In this document: positions 1 through 9,553 of the stretch, one piece after another | How the letters are laid out: every line of letters starts with the position of its first letter | Numbering within the stretch: the stretch's first letter is position 1 | DNA from: a virus | Taxonomy: Duplodnaviria; Caudoviricetes | Reading direction: 5' to 3' (one strand) | IMG/VR virus record: IMGVR_UViG_3300021958_000024 | Length of the DNA: 64,000 nt | Program-made: the position numbers and the translations under genes | The notes under the pieces: generated by a model | The model's input: only the letters and a program-made list of their open reading frames with translations | What the model was told of the DNA's origin: nothing | Databases searched by the model: none

Positions 1-71
1 GGATCTACATCTAAGATGTTAAATAGTTATTATAAAAGTCAACTCTTAGGCAACTTGTATAAAAACGGATA

Positions 72-1373
72 ATGGAAAATAAAGACGTACTATCTGGTAA
101 TATTGAAAAGTTTCTTATAACAAGTTTTAAGACCAATGCGTCTATTGATATTAGTGCTGGCATAACCGACTTAAGATACTATGAAAATATTTTATCCAAT
201 ACTATAAGTTTGTCTGTTGTATTTACAGACACTGGATATAAGCAAAATTCTAATGTTAAAGAATCTATATCAGTTTTAGATGGATTGCCATTAAGAGGTG
301 GAGAAGAAGTTGATATAGTCATAGAAGATGCGAAGGATAATCCAACAAGGTTAAAACTAAAACTTTATGTTAATAGAGTTAAAAGTGTAAACTCTAACAC
401 CAATACTGAAACTTATATAATCGATTTTTGCAGCGCAGAGACATTTGCCAACGAACAAAGTAGAGTAGTTGAAAGATATAGTGGTAAGATTTCTGAGAAT
501 GTTAAAACTATTTTAACCGATAAACTAAAGACTAATAAAAATATTATTCTTGATGATACTCTTGTTGATTATGAGTTTATTGGTAATGATAGAAAACCGC
601 TTCATGTTTGTACTTGGTTAGCATCAAGATCAGTTCCTTCTGGATATGGCAAAAAGAATGCCTCTGCTGGTTACTTTTTATATGAAACATCAGACGCATT
701 TAACTTTAGATCTATTGATGGACTAATGAGTCAAAAACCAAAGAATCAATATGTTTACAGTGATACTGCTGAAAAGAAAGATGGTTTTGAGAAAGTTTTA
801 TCATATGGTATTGATAGAAATATTGACTTGCAGGAGCAACTAATACTTGGATCTTACGCTAATAGATCAATATTCTTTGACTTTTATGCTATGGATTATG
901 AGGTTAGAAACTATAGTGTCGATTCAGATCAAAATGGAAAAGCAGTAAACCTTGGAAAGGATGAAAATAATCATGTTGCAGATCAGTTTAGACAACCGAT
1001 ATCGAGATTAATGTCACATATTCTTGATGTTGGAACTCTTCCTCCAGGTAAAACTCCAGTATCTCAGTTAGAAAACTGGAAAACTAGTCCATTAAATCCA
1101 ACTTATGATGTCAAAACCACAATGGTTCAATCAGTCATGAGATATAATCAAATGTTCTCTATTAAGATAAATATAGTAGTAGCTGGAGATTTTGGTTTAA
1201 AGTCAGGAGATGTAGTTTATTTTGAGTTCCCTCAAGTAAAAGCGGGAGATCCTGATGTTGATGTGTTGTCTTCTGGCAAATATGTTATTTCCAGTTTATG
1301 TCACAGAATAACTTCTGCCGACACATTTACTAGTATGACGCTAGTAAGGGATACATTTAGAAAACAAAAGTAA
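72..1373 (+). CDS. Baseplate hub / tail protein (T4 gp27- or GPD-like), putative
   Basis: 433 aa ORF directly upstream of the gp5-like gene; GYFLYETSDAFNFRSID and C-terminal SGKYVISSLCHRI...LVRD resemble phage hub proteins. Confidence 0.55.
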   Translation: MENKDVLSGNIEKFLITSFKTNASIDISAGITDLRYYENILSNTISLSVVFTDTGYKQNSNVKESISVLDGLPLRGGEEVDIVIEDAKDNPTRLKLKLYVNRVKSVNSNTNTETYIIDFCSAETFANEQSRVVERYSGKISENVKTILTDKLKTNKNIILDDTLVDYEFIGNDRKPLHVCTWLASRSVPSGYGKKNASAGYFLYETSDAFNFRSIDGLMSQKPKNQYVYSDTAEKKDGFEKVLSYGIDRNIDLQEQLILGSYANRSIFFDFYAMDYEVRNYSVDSDQNGKAVNLGKDENNHVADQFRQPISRLMSHILDVGTLPPGKTPVSQLENWKTSPLNPTYDVKTTMVQSVMRYNQMFSIKINIVVAGDFGLKSGDVVYFEFPQVKAGDPDVDVLSSGKYVISSLCHRITSADTFTSMTLVRDTFRKQK

Positions 1374-1383
1374 GGAGGAACAA

Positions 1384-1599
1384 ATGGAAAAGTCAATCGA
1401 AGATCATATTGAAAAGGATAAAAAAATCCTTGAAAATCCAATGATCTCTCCACAAATGAGAAGACACACCCAAGATGAGCTGGAACATCTGGAGTTGTAT
1501 CATAAAAATCATCCCGAAGACCATCATGATCCAACAGCATTAGAAATGTATTGTGACGAAAATCCAGATGCTAACGAATGTAGAATTTACGAAGACTGA
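1384..1599 (+). CDS. cp12: CP12 Calvin-cycle inhibitor (auxiliary metabolic gene)
   Basis: 71 aa with the C-terminal CP12 signature PTALEMYCDENPDANECRIYED; RBS AAGGAGG at 1372-1378. Confidence 0.92.
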   Translation: MEKSIEDHIEKDKKILENPMISPQMRRHTQDELEHLELYHKNHPEDHHDPTALEMYCDENPDANECRIYED

Positions 1600-3983
1600 T
1601 GATTCAAGAAGGGTTTTTAAAAAGTCAGCAAGTAGGACGTGACGGATTTGTATGGTGGATTGGTCAAGTTGTTCTTGAAGATCAGTGGGTAGTTAATATT
1701 CCTGGTCGTAGAACTGCTACCACTTCAGATCACTTGGGATTTGATTATAGATACAAAGTTCGTATTATGGGATACCATACTGCGGATGTTCAAGCACTTC
1801 CCGATGAAGATCTTCCTTGGGCAGGTGTAATGCTTCCTGTAACTGCAGGAACTGGTAATGGTGGAGCTTCTCAAACACCAAGCATTAGGCAAGGTGACTT
1901 TTGCTATGGTTTTTTCTTAGATGGTGAAAATGCTCAACATCCAATCATTATGGGTTTGATTGGATACAATCAATATGTTTCTATTAGCAAACTTCCTGCT
2001 GCTGCCTTTCAACCTTTCAGTGGATATACCAGTAGAGATCTTATCGCAAGGTATAACTTAAATGTTGTACAAGAACCCGCAAAAGCACAACAAAACCCAG
2101 AAGGAGTAACACAACAGCAAGGGCAAGAAATAAATCCACAAGTTAATAACTCCAATATTCCAAAAAAGGATGGCGCTTCTGCTGAGCAAGCAATTGATGG
2201 ATATGAAGCTGAGTATTTAGATTCTGAATGTGAACCAATCGCTATAAGCAAAATGCAAAGGGATATTAAAAATGCAATCCAAAAAATTGAAAAATATAAA
2301 AAAACACTATCAAAATGGGAGAATGCTGTATCTACAAAAGTAAATGACATTAGAAATGATCTAAGCACCACAAATGTAACTAACTTTCTTGACAATCTTA
2401 TTCAGTTTGAGATTGATGGATCAACAAAATCTCTTAGCGAAGTAATAAAATGGGTTTTTGTAGAATCACAAAAGTTTGTTACTAAAAAAATAAATGACGC
2501 TGCTAAAGTATCTTATTTCAATCTATTTCCAAATCAAAGACCACAATTAAAAGAAGGTATTGAGAAAGCTAGTGAAGCGGTAGTTTGTCTTTTTAGAAAC
2601 TTAATATCCAATCTGTTAAAAATGATTGGTAACTTCTTAAAAGATTCTTTGAATAAGTTTGTAAATGTTCCTCTTTGTGCCGTTGAAAATCTATTGGGAG
2701 GAATTTTTGGTGCTATCACTGGTCTTATTAATGGTGCATTAAATAATATTTTAGAACCTATTGCATCTTTACTTGGAAACGCTTTTGATATTGCTGGAGA
2801 TGTTCTAGACTTTATTACTGAACTTTTATCATTTATTCTTTGTGACGAAAAACCAGATTGCGCTAAAACAACCGAATGGAGTATATGGGATGGTCCAGAA
2901 CCATCTGCAAATCTAGACGTTGCTTCTATTGTTGATAAAGTTAAAGGTATTGCATCTGCTGTTTCTAACTTTGATATTGATCTAGATTTTATTGGAGACG
3001 TAAATCTTGCTGGAATAATTGATAATGTTGCAGGTTGCTTTACTGGTCCTATCTTGTGTGGTCCTCCCACTGTGACTATCTTCGGTGGTGGTGGTTCTGG
3101 GGCGACTGCAAATGCAATCGTTAGCGGTGCAGGAAAACTGATTGGTGCTGATATTACTGTACCTGGATCTGGATATACTTCTGCACCATTTGTTAAGTTC
3201 CAAGATAACTGTGGAAAAGGTAAAGGTGGATTTGGAAGAAGTAAAATAGATGATCAAGGACGTGTTGCAAGTATTCAAATAGTTACCTCTGGAACTGGAT
3301 ATTTACCTACATTTGACGGAAGTTATGGTGGTGATGGAAGAACTTGGGCAGATAAAGATGATACGATTGTTCAGAGAGCAGATGGAACTTGGGATTCTCC
3401 TTATGGACCAGGAGAAGAAGTTATATTAAATCCAGGAGATCAGGTTCTTTTCCCTGGAAATGATACATATGAAGAGATTACTGATGGATCAGTAGTAGTT
3501 ACACCTCAACAACAGGATCAAGAACAACAGGATCAAGAACTAGTTGAACCTATTTCAAGTGATGGATCAGTAGTAGTTACACCTCAACAACAGGATCAAG
3601 AACAACAGGATCAAGAACTAGTTGAACCTATTTCAAGTGATGGTCAATATCCAGTTGTTTTAGAGTTGATTGATGTTATTATAGATAGTCCAGGATATTC
3701 TTATAGTATTTCAGATGAAATAACTGTAACACCAGATAATGGTGTCAGAATATTCCCAATAATCAGTCCTATCGGATCTATTATTGGTGTAACAGTGGCA
3801 AGTGGTGGATTTGGATTCACAGACATTCCTGAGATAACAATTAGTTCTCAAACAGGATTTAATGCAAGACTTACTCCAGTACTAGGAACTAAGTTTGTTG
3901 GTGAGCAAGAGATTTCTGAGATTGATGATCCAGAAATCATAACAAAAGTGGTAACTGTAGTTGATTGTGTAGGTAGATTCTAA
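1599..3983 (+). CDS. gp5: Baseplate hub/spike gp5-like protein (N-terminal OB-fold); no lysozyme domain recognised
   Basis: FVWWIGQV...RYKVRIMGYH...LPWA...GFFLDG...PIIMG is the gp5 OB-fold signature; GSGYTSAP-type repeats in the C-terminal half. Confidence 0.8.
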   Translation: MIQEGFLKSQQVGRDGFVWWIGQVVLEDQWVVNIPGRRTATTSDHLGFDYRYKVRIMGYHTADVQALPDEDLPWAGVMLPVTAGTGNGGASQTPSIRQGDFCYGFFLDGENAQHPIIMGLIGYNQYVSISKLPAAAFQPFSGYTSRDLIARYNLNVVQEPAKAQQNPEGVTQQQGQEINPQVNNSNIPKKDGASAEQAIDGYEAEYLDSECEPIAISKMQRDIKNAIQKIEKYKKTLSKWENAVSTKVNDIRNDLSTTNVTNFLDNLIQFEIDGSTKSLSEVIKWVFVESQKFVTKKINDAAKVSYFNLFPNQRPQLKEGIEKASEAVVCLFRNLISNLLKMIGNFLKDSLNKFVNVPLCAVENLLGGIFGAITGLINGALNNILEPIASLLGNAFDIAGDVLDFITELLSFILCDEKPDCAKTTEWSIWDGPEPSANLDVASIVDKVKGIASAVSNFDIDLDFIGDVNLAGIIDNVAGCFTGPILCGPPTVTIFGGGGSGATANAIVSGAGKLIGADITVPGSGYTSAPFVKFQDNCGKGKGGFGRSKIDDQGRVASIQIVTSGTGYLPTFDGSYGGDGRTWADKDDTIVQRADGTWDSPYGPGEEVILNPGDQVLFPGNDTYEEITDGSVVVTPQQQDQEQQDQELVEPISSDGSVVVTPQQQDQEQQDQELVEPISSDGQYPVVLELIDVIIDSPGYSYSISDEITVTPDNGVRIFPIISPIGSIIGVTVASGGFGFTDIPEITISSQTGFNARLTPVLGTKFVGEQEISEIDDPEIITKVVTVVDCVGRF
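3483..3643 (+). repeat. Perfect 78-bp in-frame tandem duplication (DGSVVVTPQQQDQEQQDQELVEPISS x2)
   Basis: Identical copies start at 3483 and 3561; each holds a 15-bp inner repeat caacaggatcaagaa x2. Confidence 0.95.
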
Positions 3984-4603
3984 TGGCAGAACCAGTACGT
4001 TGCTACCATACTATTAGATATGGTAATGATCATGGAGAAATAATTTTTGGACACGTTCATGACGATGAGATTATTTCTGGTTGTCAGATTAGAACTGCAA
4101 ATGATGGTGGGCGTCATTATATAACTATGGATAGTTCTGGTCTTTCTGAGACTGGTAGAAAAGGTGGAACTATAATGTCATCACCAGGATCCACTCAGAT
4201 TGTTTGTGGTATGGATGTCGCAAAAGAAATACCAGCATTTATTACAATAGCGAAAAATGGTGATATTGTTTTTAAAGCAAAACGGGGAAGGATCAGATTT
4301 ATAGCAGAAAATATTGATTTGATTGCTAGTGGATCTGATGGAAAAAATGGTAGAATCTTACTAAAAGGTAATGAAAAGGTTAGTATTAAAACTCAAATGT
4401 TTGATGTTGATGCTAATGCTTCGTGTAAAATAGTTTCAGAAAATACTGTAGATATTATAGGAAAATCTATATTAAATGTTTATGGTGGTTTAATAGATTT
4501 TGCTGATGGAGCAACATCTATTAAAGGAGGAAAAGCATTGGGTGGATCATTCCCATTCAGTAATGAAATTAAAAACTCACCTATTATTGGAGACTTTTTA
4601 TAA
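3983..4603 (+). CDS. Baseplate spike-associated protein (beta-rich, gp5 C-terminal-like), putative
   Basis: 206 aa, coupled to gp5 (TAATG overlap); short beta-strand repeats such as NGDIVFKA..GRIRF. Confidence 0.5.
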   Translation: MAEPVRCYHTIRYGNDHGEIIFGHVHDDEIISGCQIRTANDGGRHYITMDSSGLSETGRKGGTIMSSPGSTQIVCGMDVAKEIPAFITIAKNGDIVFKAKRGRIRFIAENIDLIASGSDGKNGRILLKGNEKVSIKTQMFDVDANASCKIVSENTVDIIGKSILNVYGGLIDFADGATSIKGGKALGGSFPFSNEIKNSPIIGDFL

Positions 4604-5569
4604 ATGGCGAAACTACCTGATTGTCATATAACTAAGAGACTCTTTGTTGGCGAAGGTTTAGCCGCATGTCTAGGAGTATCTGCAGCTGAGATTCGTGGTT
4701 CTGCATATATTGAAGGTCCTGCCGTTGTAGGTGTCCCATTAAAGTTTCTTCCATATGAAGCTGGGGTGATGATCAGTAATGTTCAAAATACTGATATGCT
4801 TGCAGTACCAGCTCCAAGTATTGTAAAAATACGATCTACATCAGTACCAACACCGATTGATGTAGTTATTGGAGATATTGCTGGACCTGTAGGAGTTAAT
4901 ATCTTCTGTGGTCCTATGCCATTTGTTGTTTCATCAACATCTATTTCTTTAAATACTTTATTGCGATTTGATGTTTCTAACTTTGACTCAAAGGTTGCAT
5001 CTCTAAAATCTGATATTGGAGCAAAGTTTTTTGCAGGAACAAAACTTGAAACTGGATTTGATTCTAATCTGGGATTAGCATTTAATGCGGCACCTTTATT
5101 TGGTGAAGCTCCAGCAGCATATCCAGACTTTGCTAGTGATGCTACAACTTTAAACACAACTTACGGTATTGCTCTTTCTAAAAAACCATTTGATATTTTA
5201 CACCCAACTAAGGATGGACATAGACTTAGATATGTTTCTTTAGAAGGACCAGCAGCAGAAGTATATTGTAGGGGTAAATCTACTTCTGATGTTATTGATC
5301 TGCCAGATTATTGGTTGGGATTGGTTGAGGAAGATTCTATAACCGTTAACTTAACTTCAGTTGGTAGTGATCAAAATCTATACGTCAAAGAAATTGTAGA
5401 CAACAAGATTTATGTTGGTGGTGGAGTATTGATGAATGGAGAAAGATTATTTAAGTACCACTATACAGTATTTGCAGAAAGAAAAGATACTGAAAAGAAT
5501 ATTCCAGAATATAAAGGGTTGACACCAGATGACTATCCAGGCGATAATAGTGAATATAGATTGAGTTAG
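4604..5569 (+). CDS. Spike/fibre protein with C-terminal chaperone-like domain
   Basis: KPFDILHPTKDGHRLRYVSLEGP..VYCRG...LPDYW..LV...V.AERKD, a C-terminal module typical of cyanophage fibre proteins. Confidence 0.6.
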   Translation: MAKLPDCHITKRLFVGEGLAACLGVSAAEIRGSAYIEGPAVVGVPLKFLPYEAGVMISNVQNTDMLAVPAPSIVKIRSTSVPTPIDVVIGDIAGPVGVNIFCGPMPFVVSSTSISLNTLLRFDVSNFDSKVASLKSDIGAKFFAGTKLETGFDSNLGLAFNAAPLFGEAPAAYPDFASDATTLNTTYGIALSKKPFDILHPTKDGHRLRYVSLEGPAAEVYCRGKSTSDVIDLPDYWLGLVEEDSITVNLTSVGSDQNLYVKEIVDNKIYVGGGVLMNGERLFKYHYTVFAERKDTEKNIPEYKGLTPDDYPGDNSEYRLS

Positions 5570-5570
5570 A

Positions 5571-6248
5571 ATGAAAAAAGTTCATGAGTTATTTCCTCTG
5601 GTAATCTACCAGGGAAGTTTGGATTGCCATGAAGAGTTTAAAAGAGATAATATAGAAAGTTTAAAGAAGTATTGGTTTAATGGTTATGAGCATGAATCTC
5701 CAGAAGCGTCGTCAAATATTTTTGCCCATTTAAATACTGACTATTCTGTGTTCTTCAAATCACTTAGAAAGGTATTTGATGATTATTTTGATACGTTGAA
5801 TATAAAATATGATAGATTAAGTTATCATATATGCAAATCATGGGTTGTTTATCATAGAGATGATACTACTCCGCCAATGGCACCACATAATCACAATGAG
5901 GCAAATATAAGTTTTGTGTATTATTTAAATACTGACGAAACTTCTGATAGATTTGTTGCTATGCAAATGAATAACAGTAATGAAGTATGTCAAGGATTCT
6001 TTGATACTGCTGACGTACATAACCTCATGACAAACTTCAATAGATATAACTGCAATAACTATACAATAACTCCTATAGAAGGTTCTGTTATTGTAATGCC
6101 TACTCAAACGTTCCATAAGACTATTAAAAAGAAAGCTAGAACAAATGAAAGAATTGCTATTGCTGGAGATGTTCGGGTTACTTTAAAACCAGAACATTTT
6201 AAACATCATCAAGGTTGTACACATCCCTCACAATGGTTGGAAATATGA
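5571..6248 (+). CDS. 2OG-Fe(II) oxygenase-like protein (TIGR02466-like)
   Basis: SWV...PHNH...ISFVYYL...H...RIAIAGD double-stranded beta-helix motifs. Confidence 0.8.
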   Translation: MKKVHELFPLVIYQGSLDCHEEFKRDNIESLKKYWFNGYEHESPEASSNIFAHLNTDYSVFFKSLRKVFDDYFDTLNIKYDRLSYHICKSWVVYHRDDTTPPMAPHNHNEANISFVYYLNTDETSDRFVAMQMNNSNEVCQGFFDTADVHNLMTNFNRYNCNNYTITPIEGSVIVMPTQTFHKTIKKKARTNERIAIAGDVRVTLKPEHFKHHQGCTHPSQWLEI

Positions 6249-6571
6249 CGTATAAGATTGTAAATGATTCTAGAAAACCTATTTTAATAAAACATTCTGA
6301 AATATGTTCCCCTCCACCAAATGATCTTCTCATAGATGATGTTGATACATCTTATCCAGGGATTGTTATTAAATACGAAAATGGTTATTTGATTGAAGAT
6401 GGTGTTCATAGAATGGCAAAACTTCAAAAACAAGGAATATTTGAGTCTCTATTTTATGTTGTAAGTATTGAAGAATATAGGAATGGAATGGTTTCCATGA
6501 AGTATCGAGAAACTTTTATAACTCTAGGTGCATGGAATCATAACTTTTTATCGCCAAGACCTCACAAATAA
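6245..6571 (+). CDS. Small ParB/Srx-fold protein
   Basis: YPGIV...YLIEDGVHRM matches the ParB N-terminal DGxHR motif; ATG 6245 overlaps the upstream stop. Confidence 0.55.
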   Translation: MTYKIVNDSRKPILIKHSEICSPPPNDLLIDDVDTSYPGIVIKYENGYLIEDGVHRMAKLQKQGIFESLFYVVSIEEYRNGMVSMKYRETFITLGAWNHNFLSPRPHK

Positions 6572-6600
6572 ATAAACCATAGCAATGTTATGCGGAAGAA

Positions 6601-8229
6601 ATGGCTAAAAAAAGGAATGTTGAATCTATCGATAAGATTACATCCCAACTTATTACTGATAAGGTAGATATTGATAGATTTGCTAGAGAGCAAATAGTTA
6701 CTTTAGAAACTGCTAAAGTACCCTATCAAGAGGCATCTAAAAATTTAGATCTTTATTTGCTTGAAAGTTGTCAAGAAGTAAATACTGCTTATGAAAATGT
6801 AGAAAAATCTTATCAAAAGAGAATAGATGCTGGCGGTGCCAGTGATTTATTTTGGAGGATTGTGGGAGTATCTAGTCTTACTTCTACTACTCCAAATCCG
6901 AATACTGGACCACAAACAAAAGTTGTCGGTGTTTCATATGAGTTAAGATGTGAACGTTTGTCGAGAACGTATGATGCACAAGAAAATGTTGGATCAGGTT
7001 CTTCCACTTTTGATTTTAACCCTTCTAGCGTTCAAATATATCTTGGGAGAGAAGCGGGTATTGGTGATCAGCAACCATTAACGTCAGCTGGTAGTGATAT
7101 GGATAGTGTTTTTAAACCTGTCAATCTTCATGGGATAAAGATAGATATAGAACCATATAGTAGAGATGTTCTCGAAACTTATGTAAATGTTTCGATTGGA
7201 ACCGCTGATCTTGGAGGAACAAGACTATTTTTAGGTGAAATATATGATGATATTGAAATTGGACAGTTAGTTTCTTCAGAACCACAAATCTTATTTCCAG
7301 ACTCTGGTGTTAATATTGTAACTGGCGTTGGTACTGCAATCGCAAATCTTACAGGAATACCAAATACTTCTGGTGTAAATGGTGAGATAGTGACCTATGT
7401 TGATTTACGAGACCCCGTAACTCAACTTGTAACTGCTCCATTATTTGATGGGCAATATCCGACATTCACATTTTCAATATCTCCAGATCAAGTCTCTGAT
7501 AGTATTTCTGTTGGTGAACGTGATAGTCCTTATGAGCTTCAACAAGTGAAAAAAATGGTTGCATCTGATGCTGGAACAGGTGTAGAAGTAGAATACGATA
7601 ACTCTGGGGTGGAAGTGTATAATGCAGAATGGCCACATTTTATGGACGGATATCCAGACCCTAAGAATGTTAGTCGTATTATTAGAGAACCTAAAGTTGG
7701 AAGTGGAAAAGTATATTATCCAATTGGATTTGATAGAAAACCTTTGAAAGCTAGTGGTGGTAATGCTGCTGAGGGAGATACCAGAACAATATCGGAGTAT
7801 ATTTCTACATTTGGTGGATTTTTTGATCCTAACTCACCACAACATCCAGATTTTGTCCCCGCATATAGTAGTCAACTTAACAATACTCCAGAAATAGATG
7901 CTGAAATAAAATCTAATGAAACTGAAGCTTTACAAAAAGAGAGTTCATTGAAATATAATGATGAGTTTTATAATAGTATTTCTCTTGCCAACAAAATAAA
8001 AAAGGAATATAATGATTTTAATATTAGAATATGGGCATATAGAGTTCAAATCGGAAAAGCTAAACAGGAAAAACTAGAAAAAGAAGAGTTTAAAACTCTT
8101 ATCAATAATGATACATATAAACCTGTTGCCAATACTGGAGGGCCTCCAGTAGTAGATAGAAACTATCCAATGTCTTCTAATACCACTTTAATGACTTCGG
8201 CAGTTTTGACATTTGATATCACTGTATAA
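6601..8229 (+). CDS. Late virion structural protein, unknown function
   Basis: 542 aa; ATAAATA at 6568-6574; G/T/S-rich core. Confidence 0.55.
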   Translation: MAKKRNVESIDKITSQLITDKVDIDRFAREQIVTLETAKVPYQEASKNLDLYLLESCQEVNTAYENVEKSYQKRIDAGGASDLFWRIVGVSSLTSTTPNPNTGPQTKVVGVSYELRCERLSRTYDAQENVGSGSSTFDFNPSSVQIYLGREAGIGDQQPLTSAGSDMDSVFKPVNLHGIKIDIEPYSRDVLETYVNVSIGTADLGGTRLFLGEIYDDIEIGQLVSSEPQILFPDSGVNIVTGVGTAIANLTGIPNTSGVNGEIVTYVDLRDPVTQLVTAPLFDGQYPTFTFSISPDQVSDSISVGERDSPYELQQVKKMVASDAGTGVEVEYDNSGVEVYNAEWPHFMDGYPDPKNVSRIIREPKVGSGKVYYPIGFDRKPLKASGGNAAEGDTRTISEYISTFGGFFDPNSPQHPDFVPAYSSQLNNTPEIDAEIKSNETEALQKESSLKYNDEFYNSISLANKIKKEYNDFNIRIWAYRVQIGKAKQEKLEKEEFKTLINNDTYKPVANTGGPPVVDRNYPMSSNTTLMTSAVLTFDITV

Positions 8230-8264
8230 ATAATAAAAAATCGCCTCAAGATAGTAAAAATATT

Positions 8265-8885
8265 ATGTCTAAGTCTATTATCAATGTCGGTGCATTTGCT
8301 AATGACGCTAATGGAGATAGTTTAAGAGCAGCAGGTCAAAAAATCAATGACAACTTTACTGAGATCTATGATTATCTTGGGAATGGATCTGCAATTTCTG
8401 GCACTGTTCAATCTGCACAAACTGCATATTATTCTGAGATATCGGGAATCTCCACTTATTCCAAAGGATTAGCAGATAGTCCTCAGATTGCTGTAGATGG
8501 TGTTTCATGTGCAGGTATTGTTACTATGGCAAATAGTAACATTGTTGGAACTGCAGCAACATTTATTGCTGCAGGTATAACTACGGTAAGTTCTTCTTTA
8601 CAAGCATTTCATAAAGTTGATTATAGTAATAACGACGTACAAGTACATATTTCAGATTTTAAATCAGGATCTGTTTTTGAAGTTATTCTTAGAAACACAT
8701 CTGGTGGTTCTAGAAATATTCAAATTTTCACAAGTGAAACTGATACTGGTCATGTCGCCGTTCCTTTATTAGGATCACCCTATGATACTTTAGTTACTAC
8801 TGGAATTATTAGTCTTGGTGCTACCAGAATGATGAGTGTACGAATATGGAATGAGAACGGTTCCGTCTACGGCACGTATGGTTGA
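8265..8885 (+). CDS. Protein with gp9/gp10-type baseplate-attachment N-terminus
   Basis: IINVGAFANDANGDSLRAAGQKINDNFTEIY motif; TATAAATA late promoter at 8225-8232. Confidence 0.7.
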   Translation: MSKSIINVGAFANDANGDSLRAAGQKINDNFTEIYDYLGNGSAISGTVQSAQTAYYSEISGISTYSKGLADSPQIAVDGVSCAGIVTMANSNIVGTAATFIAAGITTVSSSLQAFHKVDYSNNDVQVHISDFKSGSVFEVILRNTSGGSRNIQIFTSETDTGHVAVPLLGSPYDTLVTTGIISLGATRMMSVRIWNENGSVYGTYG

Positions 8886-8911
8886 CAACTGCCCTCCACC
8901 CTGCTAAGATA
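8883..8911 (+). promoter_or_regulatory. Sigma70-type early promoter
   Basis: TTGACA-17 nt-TAAGAT. Confidence 0.7.
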
Positions 8912-8939
8912 TATGGGTAATCGAGAACAGGACAACGAA

Positions 8940-9116
8940 ATGCAAAATGAGTACCTGACAAGGTGCGTTGTAGATCCATCTCGTAAAACAGTTTATATCT
9001 ATGGGAGTGAAGGAAACGAAAATGAAATCGTTTGCGAGACCATTGATCAGTTTATGAACATGCTTAAGTTTATTCGTGCTACAGTTGATGAAGACATTTT
9101 AGGTTACGCTGAATGA
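8940..9116 (+). CDS. Small hypothetical protein
   Basis: MQNEYLTRCVVDPS...; start moved to 8940 because ATG 8913 abuts the -10 box. Confidence 0.65.
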   Translation: MQNEYLTRCVVDPSRKTVYIYGSEGNENEIVCETIDQFMNMLKFIRATVDEDILGYAE

Positions 9117-9301
9117 GACCAGAAACACGAGAAGCAATGGAAATGTTGTTCTCTGCTAAATGGAACTTGCCAAAAGCAGCACAACATGCTAATCTTACTA
9201 ATAAGGAGATGAAGATTACTTTTAACGAGTATTGCAACTTTCATCCTCCATTATTATATGAACTTGATTTAGAAAATCCCGAACTATTACCTACTGACTA
9301 A
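9113..9301 (+). CDS. Small hypothetical protein (possible HTH)
   Basis: 62 aa, WNLPKAAQHANLT; ATGA coupling to the upstream gene. Confidence 0.65.
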   Translation: MRPETREAMEMLFSAKWNLPKAAQHANLTNKEMKITFNEYCNFHPPLLYELDLENPELLPTD

Positions 9302-9471
9302 TGAAAATCAATCTTTGGTATTCCGAACAAAAAAAACAATGGAGATGGGTGTTGTGTGATGATACTGATAGAATGAGACAAGAGTCTGGTCAACAACCAT
9401 TTCTAAGAGATGCAATGGAAGACGTTACAAATACTGTAGAATATATGCTTAAAACAATGCAATCTGAGTAA
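9301..9471 (+). CDS. Small hypothetical protein (not in ORF track)
   Basis: MKINLWYSEQKKQWRW...QSE*, 56 aa, TAATG coupling. Confidence 0.65.
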   Translation: MKINLWYSEQKKQWRWVLCDDTDRMRQESGQQPFLRDAMEDVTNTVEYMLKTMQSE

Positions 9472-9511
9472 AAAGAAGAGGCTGTGTTTATTCACAGTCT
9501 CTTCTTTTTTT
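9472..9511 (+). terminator. Rho-independent terminator
   Basis: aagaagaggctgtg-ttta-ttcacagtctcttctt stem followed by a T-run; late promoter ATAAATA follows at 9517-9523. Confidence 0.75.
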
Positions 9512-9553
9512 GATTGATAAATAACTTATAACGGAAACTATAATGTAAATAAA

